This document shows, piece by piece, positions 11,480 to 22,353 of a stretch of DNA of 64,000 nt. Where the stretch lies: the NCBI RefSeq assembly GCF_018977255.1, contig NW_024704743.1:1922001-1986000 (forward strand), written 5' to 3'. The first letter of the stretch is position 1. The number at the start of each line of letters is the position of its first letter. The translations under genes and the position numbers were made by a program. Source of the stretch: Callorhinchus milii. Its lineage: Eukaryota. The notes beneath the pieces are model-generated. The model searched no databases. It had not been told where the DNA came from and saw only the letters and a program-made list of their open reading frames with translations.

Positions 11480-12146
11480 CTGAAAGAAAGTGACATAAAA
11501 CGAGAGGGTGTTAAATAAAAAAAGGACCGGGTTAGGAAATTAAGAAATTAATTAATTAAGAAACCTTAGGCAAGTTTCCTGACTCCATGCACACACACAC
11601 AGATCTCTGTATACTTAGCAGTAAATGGGAACCTGCTTGTCAGTCGGTTGGTGGATCACTTTCCGGGACTAATAATAATAATAATAATGTGGTCACTCGA
11701 TCCACCAGCTTGTGGGGCATTACTGTGCGCAATTGGCTGCCGCGTTTCGCCCACAAGACACACACACAGTCACTACACTGTACAGGATATCCAGTGAAGC
11801 GCTTTGAGATATGTGCGTATAGATGGATGGAAACTTCCCTGGAAATTCCGTAATGGAATACACCCTCTCAAAGTGAGGGACTCACTTTGCTTAGCTGCTT
11901 GCGCAGAGAATTAGGCAAATGTTTTGCACCAGCCAAGGCTCGACGAATACCAGAGTGTGTTGGGGGTAACTGCTGGAGCTCAACCAGCTAAAAACACAGC
12001 TCGCCATTGAAAGCACTGTGTGGCCGACTCTTTACAGAATATAAGAACTGTTAGAAATTAAGTGTACGTCACATAAACTCTGAAGGCACTTTTATAGAGA
12101 AAGTGAATAAGCCTCGTACATTATGTGCAAAAAAAACAAAATAAGC

Positions 12147-12177
<31 letters not shown>

Positions 12178-13205
12178 TATATACCCAAGAAATAAAGGTC
12201 CCAACGGGGGCTGATACATACACTGCTGGTATATCAACCTGGCTGAACAAGTTTATAGTGGGAACAAAATCGCCCAGTTGTTTTTTTTTTAAAAAAAAGC
12301 TGTCACATTCATCGCGCAGTTAAACAGGCAACAGCGAAACGCAAGCTCTCAATAGCCACGCGGTTCATATAAAGCAAACCAAAGCACAACCAGCCCATAA
12401 AACAGAGATTCAAGACACGTTTATGCAGCGTTGCCGTTTGCCTTATATTTTGAGTCCATACCTGTCAGCATCCTGTAGACTGATAACGAAAAGAATGTGT
12501 TTTTTTCAGTCAAGGCGTGTTAATTACTCAGCCACTTGCAAACAATGAGAGAGTTGCATTTTCTTGTTAGTTTACAAGAGGTTGGACACTTAAAGCAGCG
12601 GTGGTGGTGGGTGGTGGGGAGAAGGAGGGGGTGAAGAGCGTAATTTCAAAATAATGGATTGTTTCGATAAGTTGGGATAATACACGACTTCTAATGTTCT
12701 TCTTTATCAACCATTGATTTTCAAAAAAAATAGTAATAATAAATAATTATAATAGTAATAATTTGGTCACTTCAATCCACGACTGCTTGTGGAGACGCTG
12801 CTGTGCGCAATTGGCCGCCGCGTTTCACCCCTAAAATACACAGTTAACTCACTTTCCAGTGTATTCTGTGAAGCACTTTGAGATGCCTCGACGACGTGAC
12901 ACGGCACTATATCGAATGCAAGGATTATTACACACCTTTGCCCAAACACATTCCGATTTAACTGGAGCTAAACCCAATCCAATCCCATTCCCACGCTATT
13001 CCCCCTCTTCTCTCCGCCCCCCACTCTGCTAACACATCCCTTGCAAGATTCTCTTTCCTCCCCTCCCCTCCCCACCCACACCATCATGTCAAACAGCGTC
13101 GACCCCGACAGGGCAAGTTATTTTTTTTTATGAACAACACTCGCGTCACAAGGAGAACGTTCAAAATAACAGCAGTAAATTAAAACACTCGGAAGGACAA
13201 CTTAC

Positions 13206-13552
13206 TTTCCAACCCAGGATCGTGTCCAAAGATTTGGAGCTGCTGTGGGGTGACCTGATGGGGGGGCTGCTGCTGCTGCGGCTGCAGGTGTTGTTGTTGT
13301 TGTTGTTGCTGGAGGTGCTGTTGCTGTTGGAGTTGGTGATGCTGGTGATGCTGTATTTGGTGCTGTTGCTGCTGCTGTTGCTGCTGCAACTGTTGCTGCT
13401 GCAAGTGCAATCGCTGGAGATGCTGCTGCTGCAGCAGGTGGCGGTGCTGTTGCTGCAGTTGCTGTTGGGAGTATACATGTTGTTGCTGCTGCTGCTGTTG
13501 CTGCTGTTGTTGTTGTTGTTGTTGCTGCTGCTGGAACGGATGCTGGTGCAGT

Positions 13553-13603
<51 letters not shown>

Positions 13604-13651
13604 AGCTGCATTAGATGATGCTGCTGCTGCAGCTGCAGAAGCTGTTGCTGT

Positions 13652-13682
<31 letters not shown>

Positions 13683-13827
13683 GGTGCAGGAGTTGCTGGG
13701 TCTCCGGCGTCAGCTGTTTGACCTGCGTGAACAGCAGTGTGTTGTTGGGGTGCCGGAGCTCGAGCCCCTGCTGGTTCCGGTTGCCGGGCTCCAGATTTTT
13801 GGTCGGAGCCGAAAGCGACTGAAGGAT
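13206..13827 (-). CDS. PAXIP1: PAXIP1 exon 7: glutamine-rich region ILQSLSAPTKNLE...polyQ...QIFGHDPGLE
   Basis: Open frame 13827 to 13206 (includes ORF 13180..13611); CAG acceptor, GTAAG donor, 622 nt; flanks match human ILQTLSAPTKNLE and FGHDP. Confidence 0.94.
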
Positions 13828-13879
13828 CTGGCAAAATAAAACAGCAATAAAATTCCTGTGGGCGTAGTCAGTTAGTTAG

Positions 13880-14187
13880 TTAGTTAGTCAGAGCACTCGC
13901 CTCGAACGCGAGAGCGCCCGGGTTCGATTCCGAGCGGGAATCGCGCCTCTGTTTACCGGCAGTAAGTAGGAACCCGGTTGTTAGTCGATCGGTGGATCAC
14001 TTTTCCCAGGGTTTATTAATCCCTTCCAAAAAAATAAATAATAATAATTCAGTGACTTAACCCACGACTGCTTGTGGGGACGCTGCTGCGTGCAATTGGC
14101 TGCCGCGGTTCGCCCACAAAATACACAGTCACCACACTTTATATTTATATGAGGCGCCATATCAAATGCGAGGATTATTATTATTTA
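13880..14187 (+). mobile_element. Young DeuSINE in PAXIP1 intron 6
   Basis: Head remnant, Deu domain and tail. Confidence 0.8.
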
Positions 14188-14723
14188 TCTTCGTTCCTCA
14201 CAGCTTCCTTCCAAGTCCACGTGAAAATACGAGCCCAGTTAAAGCAGAATTAAACGGTCCGTGAAAAAAAGACTGGTGGGGCCAGGGGGAAGGTGGAGGT
14301 GGGGAGAACTTCTGGGCCCAACGGAATAACACTCAACACACCGGAAATCCACCTCTACTCCACTCCCCCTCCACTCCAGTAAATACCACGGCCTGAGAAG
14401 CCAACAGACACACTGGGCCACTTAGCCCCGAGGCAAACACCAAAGCACAGAGCCATAGAATTTTACAGCCCACAAGGCCATTCGACTCATATCCTAACGA
14501 ATCAGTCGTCATGTCAGCGCTGCCATCTATTCAGTCTTATCCTGAAGACGTCTCAAAGCGCTTCACAAAGGGTTTACTGTAAAGCAAAATGACTGTATAT
14601 TTTGCGGCCGAAAGTCTATTTGTTCGCTGCACCATCCAACCCTCCCCTTCGGCCCCCCCACCCCCATGTAAAACATTCAAAGCCTCTGCGATAAAACGGT
14701 GGCCACGTATTGCGCTCACTGAC

Positions 14724-15370
14724 CTGTGCTACGTTTGAAGGCCTGGAGATCTGCTGAATATCAGCGCTGTTCGTGATGTTACGCAGTGTCCTGACTGCGG
14801 GGCTCCAGGAGGTCACCATCTCCTGCCTCTCGGGGCCTGGGGTCGCCCCCACTACGCCCACCCCCTGCCCCACACCGGGGGTCAGCAAGCCGGCCCTGGC
14901 CTCTGGGGTCATCGCTGCCCCGGGGACCGGCGGCACATTGGCGCAGAGGTTGATCAGGGCCGAGTCCTTGCCGGGGGCCAGCCTGCGCTTGGCGGCCGCC
15001 GTGGGGGGCATCTCGGCCGGGGTCCAGTTCAGGTTACGCTCCTGCTTCTCAGGAGAGGAGTCCGAGGAGTCGTCGAACATGATCTCGCTGCTCCCCTTCT
15101 CGAACGCCCCGCCCCGCTTGGGGGAGAAGCCCCTCAGGCTGACGGGGGAGCCTTCCCGGGACGAAAGGGGGCTACTCCTGGCCGAGTGCTTGTCATCTTG
15201 TTCGACCTCCTCGTCCTCGTCTTCCTCCTCCGCCTCCTCCTCCTCAGGGATGATGAGCCGCGGGTGATAAGTGCATTCATCCCGCAATGATTTTCCCTCA
15301 CGCTCTCCTCCACCCAATCCGGAGTCACGATTTTTATGCTGTTCCGCTTCAATGCGCACTTGTATTTCTC
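14724..15370 (-). CDS. PAXIP1: PAXIP1 exon 6 (end of BRCT2, acidic stretch, [22 protein letters not shown]); apparent 1-nt frameshift at 15291-15294
   Basis: The 5' part lies in ORF 15134..15583 ([20 protein letters not shown]) and the 3' part in ORF 14616..15389 (YHPRLII...SNVAQ). The exon is 647 nt between two phase-0 junctions. Confidence 0.92.
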
Positions 15371-15444
15371 CTGTTGGGATGGACGGCAAAAGAGGAAATA
15401 AATATATATATATAAAACATGCAATGAGATCCTTGCGTTTTGTA

Positions 15445-15782
15445 ATAATAATGATAATAATAATCCTGGCATTTGATACAGCGCCTTATCACGCCATCGC
15501 GACGTCTCAAAGCGCTTCACAGGACACACTGAAAAGTGAATTGACTGTATTTTGTGGGCGAAACGCGGCAGCCAATTGCGCACAGCAGCGTCCCCACAAA
15601 CAGTCGTGGATTGAGTGACTGAATGATTATTATTCTTTCATTTTTATTTTTTGAAGGTATTATTATCCCCGGAAAAGCGATCTGCCAATCGACTAACAAC
15701 TGGGTTTCTGCTTACTGCTGCTAAATGGAGGCGTGTGTGTTGAGCAAGGAAACTTGCCCAATGTTTCGCCCTGCCCGGGAAT
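15445..15782 (-). mobile_element. Young DeuSINE (5'-truncated) in PAXIP1 intron 5
   Basis: Body and tail. Confidence 0.85.
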
Positions 15783-17335
15783 TGGGGATACACAGGAGTG
15801 GGATAGGAGGGTGTCGGACTGAACTGTCTGTTTCTGTGCAATCTCTCTATGTAACTAGGTCAATGAATCAAAGCAACACACTCAGCCTTTCAAACATCGA
15901 TAAATGTGCGCGTAAAAAAAAAATCATATTGCGGGGGAAAGCGTCAGTGACGAGAAGGGGAAAGTGTGAGGGAGGAGAGGAGGGGAGAAGAGCAAGAAAA
16001 AGAGAGGGGGTGGGATTTCCGAGATACAGTTTTACGAGCTAGTGATGTGGGAAATGATTGGGAGTTGGCGGGGGGGGGCGGGGGGGGGAATTAGGGGGTG
16101 ACTGAAACGCAGTCAATGGAGATACGTTCGTCGCAGAACAAAAAAAACAGCAGGAGGCAAATCTAACACTATTTTATGTCATCCTGTCTGCCTGCACTCA
16201 GTGGGTGGGGTGGGGGGTGGGGGGGCAGAGCCAGTAATATCGCGCTCAGCAGCCCTATTAAGCTGTAAAGCTTCACTATTACTCTCCACCAGGCAAACCT
16301 CCTTCGCCGCCCCCCCACCCCACCCACTAATACAAACCCACACACCTCCATTAACAGGTGCATCATAAACCTTAGCTGACTTCCTGCTGGAAAAGAACAC
16401 ACTCGTCACTTAGGCCCTAATAAAACACCTCCCAACCTCCGGGAAGCTACCCCAGTGTGAGGGGCACTATATAAATGCCAAGTTGTTGTTGTTGTAGTAA
16501 TATTGACCCCAAATGTTGAAAGAGTCTCTCTCTCTCTCTCTCTCTGGAAAGCTCCTCGTCCTAACACGTTAATTTAATTCCTTCACACATTTACACCGGG
16601 ACAGCACAGAAAGAAAGACCATTTGTCCCAATGACAGTCTGTGTTGGTGTTCATACTGTGCGTCGTCGATGAGCACTGGATTTCCCCCACCCTCCCCCAC
16701 GTACACGGCCCACAGCAGTTCTCTGCCTCCCCCCCCACACCCCTCCCCCAGCCCGGGAGCAGTTGCAGACATTGTTATTGTCCACCAGTCTAGTCTAGTC
16801 AGACGGCTCTTTGCTCTAAGGCGAAACTGCCATTAACTAAAGCTTTTATGACCGTAAAACAGCACCGGCGGCCTTGTCTGCCACAACGGCCATTTGCTTT
16901 TAACGACAGGCCATAAAAAGAGAAGTTTTTTTTATTTTAAAATGTACAAAGAGACACCTCCCCCGCTCCCACATACTGCAGAAATATGCGGGCTGACACA
17001 GCCTCCCCTTCGAAAGGAAAGGCAAGTTCGATTGCCCGGCATCTCATTGAGCCCAGAGACGCAGGGAATCTTCCATGTGTTGCTGGCACACACATTCGAA
17101 AATCCGGTTTGAAGCTCTTAACCACGGCGGTGGCTTTCCTGGTTTCCAAGGAATTATTACCCCCCGGAAAAACGATCCACCAATCAACTAACAACCGGAT
17201 TCCTACTTACTGCTAAGTAAACGGAGGCGTGTGGAGTGTCGAAAACGTGATGAGGCGCTACATCAAATGCAAGGATCATTATTATTATAATTTACATTCT
17301 CCCAACGCATAATGCGCCGACAGTAACATGCTTAC

Positions 17336-17449
17336 CCCCTGAGGCTCCGGCACAATTAAATGGGTACACGTCTTGTTAAGATTCAGTTGGCAGTCTCCGC
17401 CATAAAAGGTGATTAAGGCCCACAGCGTATTGCGGTCTTCGGATGTAAC
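17336..17449 (-). CDS. PAXIP1: PAXIP1 exon 5: [38 protein letters not shown]
   Basis: ORF 17285..17530; CAG acceptor, GTAAG donor, 114 nt. Confidence 0.96.
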
Positions 17450-17808
17450 CTGAATTGAAAGATGAACCGAGACACGAACAGAAACTAAAATGTTAAAAAC
17501 AAAACAAAAAAAAAATCGCATTACTAACACAGTTTTGAAAATGCTTTCCTGTCCAAAACAGAACCATCGTTGGGATTCTCTACATTGTATGTGTGCATAT
17601 ATATATATAAAATAAATCTATATACATCTATATTAAATGTATATAATATTCGCTCGTTAGTAAACGGTTTGCGTTTACCCCAAAGATTTGTAAAGATTTG
17701 AGGGGAAAGTAATTGTAATACATTCAACCTGCTTGAAAGTTAAGTATAGCCACTGGCAAAACGTTTATCCGTCTTTAAGGAAAAAAGTAAATGAATGAAA
17801 GGACCTAC

Positions 17809-17872
17809 CCGTGAGAGACAAGCTGTGACTCCAGTAAACACCTGTCCTGCCTCTGGAGAGAAACCTGTAACC
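17809..17872 (-). CDS. PAXIP1: PAXIP1 exon 4: (P)VTGFSPEAGQVFTGVTACLSR
   Basis: Manual translation; TAG acceptor, GTAGGT donor, 64 nt; similar to human [21 protein letters not shown]. Confidence 0.93.
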
Positions 17873-18847
17873 CTATGTGCTCAAAATTAAGGAAATTAAC
17901 TGCATGATCGCTGTCAAGGTTCTGTCTAGCGCTGCCGGCTCAAAAAAATTTAAAAAGCGACCAATGTAACATGACGATGATGGTAATCATCATTCTTACA
18001 CTCAACGCAGCTCCGTTCACGTCAGGAGGACGTTTCAAAGCTAATCTGGAGCAACATCCCACAAACAACTACGTGGAGTCCTGTAGCTCAGTGGTTAGAG
18101 CACTCGACTCGCGAGCGAGAGGACTCGGGTTCGATTCCCTGGCAGAGCGAAACGTTGGGCAAGTTTCCTTACTCCCCACGCCTCTGTTTACCAGCAGCAA
18201 GTAGGAACCCGGTTGTTAGCCGATTGGCGGATCGCTTTTCCGGGAGATAATAATCCCTTCAAAATAAATAATAATAATTTGGTCACTTTAATCCACGGCT
18301 GTTTGTGGGGGACGCTGCTGTGCACAATTGGCTGCCGTGATTCGCCCACAAAATATACGGTCAATTCACTTTGTAGTGTATCCTGCAAAGCGCTTTGAGA
18401 TGTTTCAAAGACGTAATAAGGCGCTGTATCAAATGCAAGGATTATTATTTATTATAACTCTCCCTGGCTGGGTGTCCCAGTCGCTTGCGTGAAGCTCCAA
18501 CGTGAAAGGCGACAATATACATAACTTGGGGAGGGTGACGGGATTATTTGTGCGCATTTGGGAGGGTAATCCCCTATGGGAAGCGGCTGTGCATTTCAGG
18601 AACGTTTAACTTAAGCACGTCCAGATGGGAGTTGTACCTCCAATGCAAAAAAAACTCAACTGCCAATTATCAAGGTGCAAAATTTTCCACCAACGCTGGG
18701 AGTGGGTGGGGGGGGGGGGGGGGGGGGGGGGGGGTGAACCTGCAGGCCGAAGGCTCCTCTCAAACACGATCCATCCCTCGTGTTTGCAGTGGTTTCTGAA
18801 ATTCAAATGGCCCGAATGTCGTCCGCCTGCTTTGCGTGAAAGGATAC
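17873..18847 (-). other. U12-type GT-AG intron (PAXIP1 intron 3)
   Basis: 5' splice site GTATCCTTT (18847-18839), branch box TTTCCTTAAT (17895-17886), TAG end, no real polypyrimidine tract. Confidence 0.9.
18075..18457 (+). mobile_element. Young DeuSINE, full length, inside U12 intron 3
   Basis: GGAGTCCTGTAGCTCAGTGGTTAGAGC (A box) ... GGTTCGATTCC (B box) ... Deu domain ... GGCGCTGTATCAAATGCAAGG(ATT)n. Confidence 0.9.
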
Positions 18848-18891
18848 GGAAGAAGAACCCCACATCGGACAGACAAGTACACCCAGGAGGG
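18848..18891 (-). CDS. PAXIP1: PAXIP1 exon 3: PSWVYLSVRCGVLL(P)
   Basis: Manual translation; CAG acceptor after a pyrimidine tract, 44 nt; similar to human PSWVILSVQCGTLLP. Confidence 0.93.
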
Positions 18892-19374
18892 CTGCGAAGA
18901 GAGAGCAAAAACAAAATGAGTGGTCAATTAAACTGGAAAAAAACTGTCCGTTCACTTCATGGCTGTGGGGGGGACAAGTTGCCGAGTGCGAATTGGCGGC
19001 TACATTTCTCCACAAAGTACTCAGCCTAAATACACTTAAAACGACCCTGAGCCAGGGAAACGGAGGGTGGTGACTGTAAGCACGATCAAAAAGGAAGGTC
19101 TTCAGGCAGGATTTGAAAATGGAGAGGGAGGTGGAGGGGCTGAGGGAGTTCGAGAGCTTCGGGGCATAGTGGCTGAAAGTCACGGCCCCCGATGGTGGAG
19201 TGGAGGGAACAAGGGACAAACAGGAGGCCAGAGCCGGCCGAGCGGAGGCAGTGGGTGGCGGAGTGCCGGGGGTGGGTGGGTGGGTGGGGGGGGGTTTAAT
19301 AATATTGCTGTGTCGAAATTCAGACAGACAACTACTTGGTTAACTAACGCAGTACCATACAGTAGTTAACTCAC

Positions 19375-19509
19375 CTTAACGACCGGCAAATCAAAGACCT
19401 CCCGCGCCTCTCCGACCTCTGGATTGTCCCCGTCCACAGCAATGATGTGTGTGGCCAATGCATTGTACGAGACTTCTTTTGCTTTCCCGGCCTTCAGCAG
19501 CTGAATCAC
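19375..19509 (-). CDS. PAXIP1: PAXIP1 exon 2: [45 protein letters not shown] (BRCT1)
   Basis: ORF 19366..19587; CAG acceptor, GTGAGT donor, 135 nt. Confidence 0.96.
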
Positions 19510-20854
19510 CTGGATCCGAAAAACAGACGCAGGTGTGAAGCCGTCACTTGCACTTGCAATCGGCCGCCCACAAAGCACACCAGTCAAATCACTTTAAGGT
19601 ATACTCTGCGAAGCGCTTCGAGACGTCTCGAATACGTGATGAGGCGCTGCGTCAAATGCGAGGATTATTGTGATGATGATTATTATTATTATTATTATTA
19701 TTAAAACTACTTTGTAGATTCTGAACCCCACATTTAGCAGTGCAGGGACATGTTGAAACGACGCTAAAACCCGAAGCTTGGCGCCAACTTGTCAAACACG
19801 GAACCTACTCACGACTGCGTACTAATCGCAGCACTCAAGCGAATCGCTTTTCCGGGAGTAATAATTCTCCCTTCGAATTTTTTTTTTTTAAAAATGTGGT
19901 CACTCGATCAACGGCTTGTGTGTGGTGGGGACGCTGCTGTGCGCAATTGGCTGCACCCACCAAATACAGTCAAACCACTTTGCAGTAGATTCTGTGAAAT
20001 GCTTTGAGACGCCTCAACGACGCAATAAGGCGCTTTCTCAAATGCAAGGATTATTATTATACTTTACATTGATAATAAGAACCCTTTACGTCGGGAGGAC
20101 GTCTCTCAAAGAGCTTCGCACAGCTGAACGGGAGCCCGAAGCTAGTAAGGGGGGTCTTTTGAACATTAGCTCCATCATTAGTACATCATTCAAACCACAA
20201 ATAACTTGCATTTCTACATTGCCCCTCTTCCACAGCGCTGCGTCTCGGAGCGGTTAAGCGGAGTGCGGTTTAACACTGAGCTGGAGAGAAAAGGGGAAGG
20301 GACCAAAGGCACGGCCAGAGAGGAAAGTCGTCCATCGCGATTTTGAAGAAGGCCAAAGAACGGGCAAATGCAGAGGGACTGAGGCAGGGAGTTCCAGAGA
20401 TTCAGGGCGTGGTGTCTTGACAGCACGGCCGCCAAGGGTGGACCGGTGGGGATAAAAGACACGCAGAAGACTTGACAAAAGCAACAGGTGGTGGGGCGGG
20501 GCGTGAGCGGATTCGGAGAGGTGGAGAGCCCAGGCCAAGCAAGGCTTGAAGTCATTTGAAAGTGAGGATCGTGAAAGCTTCCCATCAATTCCGCAACACT
20601 AAGAGTCTGGCGAGAACTGGGATGACGGGGGTTGCGGAGCTCAGTTGCGAGACAAAGCCCAAGTACTTTACACGTGAATACCGATGCACTTAATTGAGTC
20701 AGCGGTCAGTTTCACCCGCCATAATCACGCGCATTTTTTCGCAACTGCCGGTCAACACTGCGCTTATCTGATTTTCGCACGTTTCGGCCGTGCGTGAAGC
20801 ACTTTGACACAACGCGCGCACACTGGCACACGAAAGGGGCTTTTACTTAAATTA

Positions 20855-21248
20855 TCATAATAGCAATCCTGGCATTCGACACGGCGCCTCATCGCGTCCT
20901 CGAGAGGTCCCAAAGCGCTTCACACAGTACACCGCAAAGTGAACGGACTGTGCGTTCTGTGGGCGAAACGCGGCGGCCGATCGCGCACAGCAGCGTCCCC
21001 CGCAAACAGCCGCGGGGTTGAGTGACCAACTTACTTTTTTTTTCGTTTCGTTCTGTACGTATCATTAACCCTGGAAAAGCGATCCGCCAATCAACTAACA
21101 ACCAGGTTCCGACTCACTGCTGGTAAACTGGGGCGTGTGTGTTGCAGTAAGGAAACTTTCCCAAACGTTTCGCCCGGACCCGGGTAATCGAACCCGGGTC
21201 CTCTCGCTTGCGAGGCGAGGGCTCTAACCCCTGAGCTACAGGGACTCC
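20855..21248 (-). mobile_element. Young DeuSINE, full length, CpG-rich copy
   Basis: Same family; CpGs retained, consistent with a neighbouring CpG island. Confidence 0.85.
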
Positions 21249-21405
21249 ACTGTCGTCACCTTCTCTCTTCCTCGCCTCAATCACCCCCCCCCCCCCCACC
21301 TCTCACCAAATGTGCATGAAACATCTCCCCCAAAATCCTCACACGAGCTGTCAAGCGCTCGCACGTGAACACACAAATGTTTGCTCGACTCAGGAGCCTC
21401 CACCA

Positions 21406-21435
21406 NNNNNNNNNNNNNNNNNNNNNNNNNNNNNN
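21406..21435. other. Assembly gap (30 N), likely hiding PAXIP1 exon 1 and promoter
   Basis: Run of N with CpG-rich flanks; no exon-1-like peptide found elsewhere upstream of exon 2. Confidence 0.7.
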
Positions 21436-21504
21436 TAAGTTGTGTCACGTACGTTCAGCTCCCCATTTGAGGGATGCCAGTTTCGTTAGCATGCCCGGCG
21501 CAGT

Positions 21505-21830
21505 GGCTCACTCACATACACTTACTCATACACTCACTCTCACTCACATATACTCACTCTCACATACACTCACTCACACACAGAGCATGGGAAAGTCACT
21601 CATTCATTAATTGCTCTTCACTCACTCACACTCACTCACTCTCAATCACTCACTCACACTCACTCACATACACTCACATACACTCACACTCACTCACATA
21701 CACTCACACTCACATACGCTCACTCTCGCTCACATCCACTCACTCTCACTCAATCGCTCATTCACATACACTCACTCACGTACTTACTCACGCTCACTCA
21801 CTCACTCACTCACTGGCTCACTGCTCTCGT
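21505..21830. repeat. Degenerate (CACT/CA)n simple repeat
   Basis: Visible low-complexity tract. Confidence 0.9.
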
Positions 21831-21969
21831 TCAACCACAATTCATGACATTTACTCGGCGCCTTTCAGGTCAGGAGGCGCTGGACAGTCAGGGATTCTCA
21901 CCCGAGCTGGGGGTTTGGGATCAGGAGGGGGTGGAGGGCGGGGAGGGTAGGGGGTCGGTGGAGGGGGTG

Positions 21970-22353
21970 GCCGGCACAGCCCAGCCTGGCTAAACGGCAG
22001 GACCTGGAAGAACAGACCAGTCACTGGGGGCAGGGAATCCTCCCCCTCAGCTCCTGGTCACCCCACAGCCAAAGCCCTAACGGGGAGGGTGGTCCTCGCT
22101 GGAGGAGCAGCGGGAAGGCTCGGCCACACAGCGCTATCAATGGCCGAGCTTTGAGGTTTCAGCGGGTTACACTCCAGCTGTAACCCCAACGCACACTCTG
22201 GGCTCCCCCCGAGCCTTGGCTCTTGCCAACCTGTGCCTAATACTCTCCGGAATTAGGCAAGCGGGGGGGGAGCGTCCCTCCAGAGAGAGGGAGAGAGAGA
22301 GAGAGAGAGCGCATTCCATTCCAGACATGGGGAAATTTCCAAAGGTCGGTTGC
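21970..22353 (+). mobile_element. Unclassified interspersed repeat ('family B'), longest copy
   Basis: Homologous segments at about 10068-10302(+), 11830-12030(-), 40720-41060(+), 42690-42830(+) and 54708-54852(-). Confidence 0.7.

Noticed and set aside
13202..13839. PolyA/T, polyS and polyL ORFs overlapping exon 7
   Set aside because: Alternative frames and the antisense strand of the CAG/CAA repeat; only the polyQ frame has PTIP flanks and fitting splice phases.
18075..18150. tRNA-Ala(CGC)-like cloverleafs here and at many other sites
   Set aside because: These are SINE heads: the acceptor stem is incomplete and each continues into the same SINE body.
218..19509. PAXIP1 as a pseudogene because of the exon 6 frameshift
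   Set aside because: The other 19 visible exons are intact with conserved splice sites, and the single lesion lies in a homopolymer run.
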